From a virus (Duplodnaviria; Caudoviricetes): DNA of 64,000 nucleotides. The DNA is taken from positions 561 through 64,560 of the IMG/VR virus record IMGVR_UViG_3300021255_000041. One strand, given 5' to 3'. Shown here in pieces: positions 1 through 7,462 of this stretch. How positions within the stretch are numbered: the stretch's first letter is position 1; each line of letters opens with the position of its first letter. The notes below the pieces were generated by a model. The model did no database searches and was not told the DNA's origin. It saw only the letters and a list, made by a program, of their open reading frames with translations. The translations under genes were made by a program, and so were the position numbers.

Positions 1-854
1 TGGCTGTATAGCATACTCGTAAGGTATTCAATCTGAGCTAATAGATTGTTTTCCACGGGACGATTCAACTGCGTAATCCTTTCAGCAGCATCTATCCAGG
101 CCACACCATACTTGGATCCGGCGAGCTGATCTTCGATCTCACTTCGTCTTTCACGTGCCTGCTGTTTCCTGATCTCAGATCTTGCTCCATAAGGAAGCTG
201 AATGATTAGATCCAATTTCCCGGAATTATTCTTCTCGTCAATCATGTCCAGAAGATTGAGCTTCCGGATAAGTCTTTGCATAGTGGAGTTCGGTTCGTTC
301 ATAACCGAGAAGAATGGATTTTCCACTATGCCGACCGAGTCTTTGGTCCTGAGCAATTCCTCTCTTCGACCGGACCAGTCGTTATAGACATACAGCTTCA
401 CTTTCCTCGGGTACCACTCAATCACTCTCCCAGTACGTATTGACTCAATCTTGTACGAGTTGTTTTCCTCCGGATCGTCGTCGGTATCGATCGGCACAAG
501 AGCAACACATCCTTCGTCAAGCATTGACTGCACTGCGTCCTGTATAAAAGCTCTGCCCGTCTGGTCGATGTTTGCTTCGATAGACAGGCAGTTATTGAGT
601 CCGGTATTCATTTCGGATACGAAACGATTGTTTTCGTCGAGTCGTACGTGGCGTATATCTATTGATGCCGCGTCAAGAGCAATCCTGTTGTAAACGGCAG
701 TCACAATCGATCGCTCATTACCGCGTGAGAAGTGCATCCGATCAGGTCTGTAAGAAAAGCCAGGTCCAATGTCTCGCCACCCCTTTGTGGGGTCTTTGTT
801 AAAAAAAGCATTCCAGGCGTGTTTCAGCCTGGAACCAAAAGAAAATTCACTCAT
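1..854 (-). CDS. Portal protein (partial, runs off window start)
   Basis: Manual translation from ATG at 854: MSEFSFGSRLKHAWNAFFNKDPT...YNRIALDAASIDIRH...EANIDQTGRAFIQD; lies directly downstream of terL; absent from ORF track because truncated. Confidence 0.75.
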   Translation of the reverse strand, partial: MSEFSFGSRLKHAWNAFFNKDPTKGWRDIGPGFSYRPDRMHFSRGNERSIVTAVYNRIALDAASIDIRHVRLDENNRFVSEMNTGLNNCLSIEANIDQTGRAFIQDAVQSMLDEGCVALVPIDTDDDPEENNSYKIESIRTGRVIEWYPRKVKLYVYNDWSGRREELLRTKDSVGIVENPFFSVMNEPNSTMQRLIRKLNLLDMIDEKNNSGKLDLIIQLPYGARSEIRKQQARERRSEIEDQLAGSKYGVAWIDAAERITQLNRPVENNLLAQIEYLTSMLYS

Positions 855-914
855 TTTGAAATTTGTCCTCCACTTGACTAAATCGAAAGCCGTGTACATC
901 ATCGGTTTTTCTTT

Positions 915-2666
915 TTAGTCGAAAGCCTCTCTATTTTGCTTATATGCTATAAAAGCGTCCATCATGGCCGCTACAGCATCAATCTTATCCTCGTTGTGCT
1001 TTTTAAGCAGCTTACGATTACCGTTGGTATCTTCAAGAACGATACAGTTACCCATCGTGAACTTCATCAGTTCTTCGTCGAACAGCAGCATACGCTCTTC
1101 TGACAATTTCTTTAATTCACCAAGCGGCACAGACTCCGTTCGCGCTCCCTGAATTACTTTGACAATGCCGAACGGCCCGTTCTCTGTCTGCCATCTCTCG
1201 ACAAACTCTTTCGCGTTATACGGGTCGTATCCGAAAGAGCGAACGTCGTACTCACTTTCGACAATATAGTTGTCGAGATTCTCGTAGACTTCCAGCATGT
1301 CCAGAACAGTCCCTTCCATGACGATCAAGCTGCCCTCGTCCATGAACGTGTTATAAAGAGTTCGCATTGCTGACGGAAGCTTTGCCAGGGTGAGTGACGA
1401 AATATAGTTTCTCGTCTTAATCCCGAAGCGCCCGTCACCTAGCGGGAACAAGAATGTGAACGAGCAGAAGTCATCGCCTCGCGATAGGTCTGCGCCAAGT
1501 GAACATGGCATCTGCCAATAATCTCTCTTACGATGAGGCAGCGTCTCTTCATACGTAAAGAAATATGTATAACCCTCCATTGGTATGCCAAATCTCTTTG
1601 CTAGTATGTCGTTTCGAGCTGCTGGTGCATTCTCCGCTCTCTCAACTTCAAGCTGATATGTCTCGTAGCTGACTGTCTTCCCGATATTCGGGTTTGCTTT
1701 AATCCACATATCCGGATTGTTGACTTCTTCAATGCTGTCAAGCTTATACCACCAGATCGAAGTATGATCGTTCTTGTAATCGCCCTTGAGAATATCCATG
1801 AGTTCAAGTTTGATCGTATCCCCGATGCCGTTTCGCACCGTTCCCTCTGAGCTCATTGCGACGATAACGTAGTCCGGAACATCGCCCTTAGCAGCACCCT
1901 GTTCTATCGCACCGATCGGATCCTCTCGGATGTCCCCGGAAAGCCATTCGTCCAGGGTCGCGTACTTAACACGGAGTCCCTGCAGTTTATTGATGCTCAG
2001 CGGCCTGATCTGCAGAAGAGAATTGGTCATGAAGTTCTCGACGCCCTTCTTGGTAGATGCGAGCTGCTGACGATTAGCCCTTGAACCGGTGGTATTTTGA
2101 AGTGAGCCTTGAGTCAGGAAATCAAAGACTGGACCTCTGTGAATTGAGATTGCCGTAGCAAGTGGTGATACAATTTCGTCCGCCATCTGCATAGTCGGCG
2201 CAGTGGTAATTTGATGTGTTGTCGACGTGTCTACGATTAACCCGTATCCATGAATACAGGTTCCGTATAAAGATTTAGCGGCTGATCGTCCGACAATAAG
2301 GTATTGCTTGTTGATCAACCGCTTTTTAATTCTTCGGAGAACGTATCGTCCTCCATGATTATTCGGGAATGGTTTATAAACACTTCGCTCGACGAAATAA
2401 TACCAGCCGAAGATCTGTTCACCCCACAGCTTGAATGTATCGAGCATATGAAGTGGACTGCCATCCGTGAGTGTTAATTCCTCTTCACAGAAAGCGATCC
2501 AGCCTTCTACCGCTTCGTCGTCGTAGTAATATTTAGGATTTTCTATCAGGGCGTCGATCCGATTCATTTCCATTGAAATGGTTTCACAAACAGGGATCTC
2601 ACCTCTGATCACGGCCTCTCGAAAACGGCCGTAGTATTTCGGCACAGCCGTGTTCGATAAAGACAT
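915..2666 (-). CDS. terL: Terminase large subunit
   Basis: 583 aa; Walker A-like VGRSAAKS, Walker B LDEW, C-terminal nuclease acidic motifs (GADLS, KIDAVAAMMD); position before portal. Confidence 0.9.
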   Translation of the reverse strand: MSLSNTAVPKYYGRFREAVIRGEIPVCETISMEMNRIDALIENPKYYYDDEAVEGWIAFCEEELTLTDGSPLHMLDTFKLWGEQIFGWYYFVERSVYKPFPNNHGGRYVLRRIKKRLINKQYLIVGRSAAKSLYGTCIHGYGLIVDTSTTHQITTAPTMQMADEIVSPLATAISIHRGPVFDFLTQGSLQNTTGSRANRQQLASTKKGVENFMTNSLLQIRPLSINKLQGLRVKYATLDEWLSGDIREDPIGAIEQGAAKGDVPDYVIVAMSSEGTVRNGIGDTIKLELMDILKGDYKNDHTSIWWYKLDSIEEVNNPDMWIKANPNIGKTVSYETYQLEVERAENAPAARNDILAKRFGIPMEGYTYFFTYEETLPHRKRDYWQMPCSLGADLSRGDDFCSFTFLFPLGDGRFGIKTRNYISSLTLAKLPSAMRTLYNTFMDEGSLIVMEGTVLDMLEVYENLDNYIVESEYDVRSFGYDPYNAKEFVERWQTENGPFGIVKVIQGARTESVPLGELKKLSEERMLLFDEELMKFTMGNCIVLEDTNGNRKLLKKHNEDKIDAVAAMMDAFIAYKQNREAFD

Positions 2667-2689
2667 AGTTTTCTCCTTATGTATATGTA

Positions 2690-2718
2690 TTGACCTCGAT
2701 TAGGCCACGGTATAAAAT
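2690..2718 (+). promoter_or_regulatory. Host sigmaA-type promoter for the 2749 gene
   Basis: TTGACC (2690-2695), 17 nt, TAAAAT (2713-2718). Confidence 0.65.
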
Positions 2719-2748
2719 ACTTATAACGTATTTCAAGGGGGTATAGAC

Positions 2749-3444
2749 ATGAGAAACGAGATTGACCTTTGCGGAACTCACATCCCAATCAATGACATAA
2801 AAGATTATCGAGTCGTATATCGCGAATACATTTATCGACCTGTGTATAAAGAATGTGAAGGCAGTCTGAAAAGACTCATTGGTGGTAAATATGAATTTGC
2901 AGAGATGATACCGTTCGCGGCTATACTCTCGAAAGAAGATCGAGAGTTTAAACTGGCAACCGCTGATTTCAACGCAAAAACAATCAGAGATTCGATTATC
3001 AAAGATGTCGCTATAGGCGCCATGTCTTTGGTTACTCATAAAATCGAAAGAAAGCATTATCGTTGTAAAAACATAGCGGGACGAGTCTTTTCGATATACC
3101 TTGATGATGTGCCAGCTTCTGTTATCCGCGCTGACGGCAGAATCATTGATGTTTATAAAAACGACGAACTATACCCGCAACTTGGAGAACCAATAGCCCC
3201 CACAATACTTACAATAAAGGCCCTTCAAATTTCAGCGTCCAAGGAAACCCATTTGTTTTATGGAAATAGAATCCAGTTAAACGACGCCGATGAAACTTAC
3301 CAGCATTTACGCCAAACGATTTCAGACTTTGAAGAATTGGCTCGTATAGAGCAGCAGCCGCAAAAACAACTATCAATAAATGCCAAAGCAGAAAAAATAT
3401 CAAACAAGCTGCCAAAATTATTTGTTCGATCCGAAAAGAAATAA
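2749..3444 (+). CDS. Hypothetical protein, moron-like; the only credible plus-strand gene
   Basis: 231 aa ORF with RBS (AAGGGGG) and own sigmaA promoter, filling the gap between minus-strand genes. Confidence 0.75.
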   Translation: MRNEIDLCGTHIPINDIKDYRVVYREYIYRPVYKECEGSLKRLIGGKYEFAEMIPFAAILSKEDREFKLATADFNAKTIRDSIIKDVAIGAMSLVTHKIERKHYRCKNIAGRVFSIYLDDVPASVIRADGRIIDVYKNDELYPQLGEPIAPTILTIKALQISASKETHLFYGNRIQLNDADETYQHLRQTISDFEELARIEQQPQKQLSINAKAEKISNKLPKLFVRSEKK

Positions 3445-3445
3445 G

Positions 3446-3991
3446 TTAGCTTTTAAGAGTATGAATTGCAACCGCGATCGATGCTGCCGAAGCGCCAATT
3501 GCAAGAACGTCCCCGGCTGTTGCCAAAACATCGGAAACATACCGTCTTCCGCTTGCAGCATTCTCGGTCACAGCATTCTTATAATTTCTTTCGAGATTCA
3601 TTCTGTTAATTGCATCCTGCAATTCTTTATTAGACATTTTAGATAAATCCATTGATTTGCGGATTTTTTCTTCCTTATGTCTTGCGGATCTCGATGCAAG
3701 ATTTGACGCTTTTTGTGCAGCTGCGCTAGCCGAATTCTGTGCGCTAGACGCGTTTCTATAATCAGACGCCACGGCATCGTGTATTCCAGCTTTGGCGTTT
3801 CTTGAAGAATTCGGATTGATTTTACCGGTTTCGGGATCAAAGTCAACACGCTTTGCGTTATCACTTATCTGACCCAATCTTCTTTTACCTGCTTCGGTCA
3901 GCGTCCCGTCTTCATTCTGATATCGTCGTACGCCCCACTTTTGGCCTTTTATTCCGTGATGATAAAGAACATCTGTATTATACTTACTCAT
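3446..3991 (-). CDS. HHGxKGQKWG-tag protein (DUF7211-like), putative virion cargo
   Basis: Start moved to MSKYNTDVLYHHGIKGQKWGVRRYQ (RBS AGGAGG); Ala/Gly-rich hydrophobic C-terminal helix. Confidence 0.8.
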   Translation of the reverse strand: MSKYNTDVLYHHGIKGQKWGVRRYQNEDGTLTEAGKRRLGQISDNAKRVDFDPETGKINPNSSRNAKAGIHDAVASDYRNASSAQNSASAAAQKASNLASRSARHKEEKIRKSMDLSKMSNKELQDAINRMNLERNYKNAVTENAASGRRYVSDVLATAGDVLAIGASAASIAVAIHTLKS

Positions 3992-4054
3992 GATAACCCT
4001 CCTATGGGGCCAAACGTAAGAGACCACGATTTTTTCGTAGCCTCTCTTTTTTAG

Positions 4055-4420
4055 TTACTTTAAAACCTTTAGTTCATCTAAAATGTCTGATAACCTTTCA
4101 CCGTTTTTCTTTCTTTTATCGATTTCGACCCATTCCGAATTTGTTAATTCTCGTCTGAGCTTCCAATAATGTCCTAAACTTCTATCGTAACAATACAGTT
4201 CCTTGAGATCCTGCTCTTTTTTCAGATTCGCTCGCCTAGCCATGCTTTTCGTTATAGCCTTGGTTGCAGCAAACGCCCCTGGTCCGCAAATCAGGATCAA
4301 TTCCTTATTGTCATTCAAGAATTTCATCGCATCAGAAACTTTCTCTCGAAACCAAATTTTCCTCTGAGCCTTCTTCGTCTGTTTCTTAAGATCTTCGAAT
4401 GTGATTCTATCAGCTTCCAT
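4055..4420 (-). CDS. Hypothetical protein in a phage-promoter cassette
   Basis: 121 aa, RBS GAGAGGAG, preceded by promoter motif 4453-4478. Confidence 0.75.
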   Translation of the reverse strand: MEADRITFEDLKKQTKKAQRKIWFREKVSDAMKFLNDNKELILICGPGAFAATKAITKSMARRANLKKEQDLKELYCYDRSLGHYWKLRRELTNSEWVEIDKRKKNGERLSDILDELKVLK

Positions 4421-4452
4421 TTTTTCTCTCCTCTCATAAAAGCTTTATTCTT

Positions 4453-4478
4453 TCATAAAAGGATGTGTAAAACACACG
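4453..4478 (-). promoter_or_regulatory. Phage promoter motif copy 1
   Basis: CG TGTGTTT TACA CATCCTT TTATGA. Confidence 0.7.
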
Positions 4479-4492
4479 TATAATTACATAAA

Positions 4493-4522
4493 AAAAAGAG
4501 CCTCGTTCAAGAAGCTCTTTTT
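4493..4522. terminator. Bidirectional intrinsic terminator
   Basis: AAAAAGAGC...GCTCTTTTT overlapping the stop of the 81-aa ORF. Confidence 0.65.
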
Positions 4523-4752
4523 AGCGTTTCAGGATCAACAAGCGTCGTTTTCTCGAAAAGACCTTCGCGTATAAAATCAGTAAATCCCATAAAAGTTACA
4601 TTATCCGTGTTTTTATTTACAACCCAGGTGATATTATTGTAATATTGGCCTGGGTTTGATTCTAAGCACACATAATAATTTACATCATCTTCTCGAATCC
4701 AAAAGATTTTTTCATGCAATAGCTCTTTCAAAGAACCGTATACTTTTTCCAT
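4507..4752 (-). CDS. Small protein, candidate immunity partner
   Basis: 81 aa, RBS GAAAGGAGG, directly downstream of the papain-fold ORF and followed by a terminator. Confidence 0.6.
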   Translation of the reverse strand: MEKVYGSLKELLHEKIFWIREDDVNYYVCLESNPGQYYNNITWVVNKNTDNVTFMGFTDFIREGLFEKTTLVDPETLKRAS

Positions 4753-4783
4753 TTGATCCTCCTTTCTTAAAATATAATGTTAA

Positions 4784-5731
4784 TCATGCGAAATTTACAT
4801 ATTTTTCCAAAGCATCAATATTAATTTCAGCGCCATCTAGGCGAGCAACTGTGAAAAAATCACGAGGGTTCATCATCTTCCAATATATCATAACACCGTT
4901 ATCTTTTTCACCAGCTTGGAAATCGTAAAACGATACTTTACCATCTTTAATATCCCAGTTAAAAGCATGTCCACCAGGACGTATTTTATGATCCCATTGA
5001 ATGCTGCAAACACCAGATGCATTTTGACCGAATTTATTTATCAAAAATTCAGCCGCATCTTCCGGTGATTTCCCAAATTTTACAGCACTGCCGTCTAACA
5101 CGCGCGCGCCCTTGAAACAATCTTCTATCAAACCGCCTAATAGTTGTTGATTACCGCCAGTTCCCTTCGCCGTGACATCATATCCAGCCATTCGCAGAAA
5201 GCCGGCAACTGCGCAATTCGTGCAATTGTTTTGACCTTCCAAAGTACTGCGTAATGGGTTCGCCTTGGCTAAGCTTTCGCTTAATGTTTCCTTACTAGCT
5301 AAACGTTTTAAACGCGAGGCGCTTTTACCGGCAACATCACTAAACGTTTCTTCGACAGAATCAACATTACCGACAAGTTTATGCTGTTTCATAAAAGTAT
5401 CGGTAACTATATTTTTGCCTATATTAATGTTGTTGTCAAGTATTCCAGACTGATACAGTTTATATCCGCCGTACGCAGCCAATGCCGTTCCTACGGCAGC
5501 AGTCCCAATCTTCAAAGCTCGTTTCTGATTATCCGTAAGGCTATATCTATCGGTACCGCCATCCTTTTTATTGTTTCTTTTATCTTTATCCAGGCTTTTT
5601 CGCCAGCCAGCTCGTCGTTCTGAAGCCGAATGATCGGATTCGCCCAATGGATATGGAGGGCCGTTTCTACGTCCCCACTTCTGCCCTAGAATCCCATGAT
5701 GATAAAGATAAGAAGGACTATAATTACTCAT
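4784..5731 (-). CDS. HHG-tag protein with C-terminal papain-fold (Tox-PL-like) domain
   Basis: Start MSNYSPSYLYHHGILGQKWG (RBS AGGAGG); NNC170TNC, GGH255AF, YD270FQ give a Cys-His-Asp triad. Confidence 0.75.
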   Translation of the reverse strand: MSNYSPSYLYHHGILGQKWGRRNGPPYPLGESDHSASERRAGWRKSLDKDKRNNKKDGGTDRYSLTDNQKRALKIGTAAVGTALAAYGGYKLYQSGILDNNINIGKNIVTDTFMKQHKLVGNVDSVEETFSDVAGKSASRLKRLASKETLSESLAKANPLRSTLEGQNNCTNCAVAGFLRMAGYDVTAKGTGGNQQLLGGLIEDCFKGARVLDGSAVKFGKSPEDAAEFLINKFGQNASGVCSIQWDHKIRPGGHAFNWDIKDGKVSFYDFQAGEKDNGVMIYWKMMNPRDFFTVARLDGAEINIDALEKYVNFA

Positions 5732-6080
5732 CAGTATCCTCCTGACTATCGAAGTCGGCCTGTATTTTAAGACGCCATTCAAACTCGTTGATCTGCTGCC
5801 GAATGACATCAATCACAGCGCCGCTCAAAGGCGGATCAAAAACAAGTTTAACTTTGAGAAACATGTACGATTTGACCAGCTGCAGCTGAGTGCTCTCCGG
5901 TATAAAATTTGTCCAGTTTTCGTCTTTGCCGGTTATGGCGAACCCATCTGTCGGTCCAACTCCGAGCTGGTGTAATATCATGAATACGGAGTTTATGTGC
6001 ATAATCAGATCCGCGTCGAAATGCTCATACTCCTCCGTGATGCCGAGCATCTTTTTTATAGAGGTCAATATACTTTCCAT
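5724..6080 (-). CDS. Head-tail connector/adaptor-like protein
   Basis: 118 aa MESILTSIKKMLGI...HINSVF, helical adaptor-like sequence in the packaging region. Confidence 0.55.
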   Translation of the reverse strand: MESILTSIKKMLGITEEYEHFDADLIMHINSVFMILHQLGVGPTDGFAITGKDENWTNFIPESTQLQLVKSYMFLKVKLVFDPPLSGAVIDVIRQQINEFEWRLKIQADFDSQEDTDE

Positions 6081-6109
6081 TTTGTTCTCCTAACCTCCAA
6101 GCTTGCATG

Positions 6110-6532
6110 TTAATGCTTCCACGGACAGGTATCATTCTTTGTCCGGAAAGTTGGTCCAAGCATAAGCTGGGACTCGTCACCATAGTGTATGGCATTGTGG
6201 GTATTATGAGTTGTGCTGATCAAGTATTCAGGATTCATCAGCATCTCACTTCTTGTCTCCAAATCCCTTTGGGATATCGGGTTCATATGATGGATAAGAA
6301 TCTTTCCAAATATCTGATAATCTTCAATTCCCAAATCACAGCCGTTGTCCCGCAAGATCACTTGATTTCGAATCGTTCGCCATTCAAGTGACTTATAGAA
6401 CTGCTGATTCATGTACCGATCGAATCCAAACGTCTCTCTGCCGACGGATCCGCTCAGTTTCAGATACTCAAAGCGTTCTTTGAACGTCGGAAGTGTTATG
6501 AGCTCAGAATACGTTCTAATCTTCGTACTCAT
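6110..6532 (-). CDS. HNH endonuclease (packaging-associated)
   Basis: RDNGCDLG, IHHMNPI, THNAIH motifs; adjacent to the small terminase candidate. Confidence 0.8.
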   Translation of the reverse strand: MSTKIRTYSELITLPTFKERFEYLKLSGSVGRETFGFDRYMNQQFYKSLEWRTIRNQVILRDNGCDLGIEDYQIFGKILIHHMNPISQRDLETRSEMLMNPEYLISTTHNTHNAIHYGDESQLMLGPTFRTKNDTCPWKH

Positions 6533-6863
6533 AGTATTCTTCCTCGTTGGTTTTCCCGCTGTATCGCTTCATCGCCGCTATAACCGCCATATACTGCTCT
6601 TCGGTTCTTCGTGCAGCCTCCAGTGTTTCGGTTTTAGCTCTGAGTAATTTCACTTCTTCTTCGAGTTTCTCCCGTTCTCGGCGTTCCCGCATCGATCCGA
6701 GCTTGAGATAGTGCGTGATCACCTGTGATGAAGCCGTTCCTTCAAGTAATTGTCGCTCTGCCAGGTCAACCGCGAGCGAAATCATCTTGTTTTCCTGTGC
6801 TTCAGGAGTGAGCGCCGGCCTGGTCTTACGAGAAGGGCCGACATTCTTCGTAGTTTTCTTCAT
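6516..6863 (-). CDS. Putative terminase small subunit
   Basis: 115 aa, first gene of the late operon, coiled-coil C-terminus; assignment positional. Confidence 0.5.
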   Translation of the reverse strand: MKKTTKNVGPSRKTRPALTPEAQENKMISLAVDLAERQLLEGTASSQVITHYLKLGSMRERREREKLEEEVKLLRAKTETLEAARRTEEQYMAVIAAMKRYSGKTNEEEYYEYED

Positions 6864-6910
6864 TAAGCACCCCGCTCTTAAGACTTTTCTTATAGTTTTG
6901 CTGTACTTTT

Positions 6911-7012
6911 ACAGTACTTAAATAGACCCGCAAACAGAAGCAACCACACCAAAGTCGAAAGGAGGAAAGCACTTATCGAACATACAGCTTTGCGGGCCTG
7001 TTTAAACACTGC
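6911..7012 (-). ncRNA. Long-stem RNA hairpin with anti-RBS loop (candidate trans-acting sRNA)
   Basis: 24-bp stem (6911-6934 with 6989-7012) with 4 G-U and 1 mismatch on the minus strand; 54-nt loop contains the reverse complement of the 32340-32371 mRNA leader. Confidence 0.65.
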
Positions 7013-7040
7013 AAATATCTTAAAAACATTTCATCAAATT

Positions 7041-7110
7041 TTCCCCCGGAGAATTTTTAAAGACCGGGGCGATCATAGAGGGGGTGGTTGTTTTTGAGAC
7101 CCCCCTCCCC
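7041..7110. other. Candidate cos/genome-end region
   Basis: Non-coding G/C tracts and inverted repeat GAGGGGG (7078-7084)/CCCCCTC (7101-7107) between the last early gene and terS. Confidence 0.4.
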
Positions 7111-7177
7111 TATGTAATCGACCAGTTACGGTGTTGCTTCGAGATCAACACTCACAGTGTCAGCGAATTTCGAGCAA

Positions 7178-7444
7178 TTATTGGGAATAAAACTCTTCAT
7201 CAGTCAATTTCTTCTTAACCTTTTTGTAGATATTCAAGAAGTCATATTTGATGATTTCGTCAATTGCGCGCTCAATTTCTTCATTATTCTCTTCATCTGT
7301 GAATTGACTTGAAGTTTTAGCAATTCTTGCTAAGTAGCCACAAGAGTTGTATCCTTTTTCGACATCATACAAGAACCATTCGCGAAAGTTATCGAACGGA
7401 TCAAACGGATTATCGAAAGTCGTTAAAGCTGCAACTTCATGCAT
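7178..7444 (-). CDS. Hypothetical protein downstream of RNAP
   Basis: 88 aa with RBS, LTTFDNPFDPF motif. Confidence 0.75.
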   Translation of the reverse strand: MHEVAALTTFDNPFDPFDNFREWFLYDVEKGYNSCGYLARIAKTSSQFTDEENNEEIERAIDEIIKYDFLNIYKKVKKKLTDEEFYSQ

Positions 7445-7462
7445 AAACGTTTTCTCCTTTCT

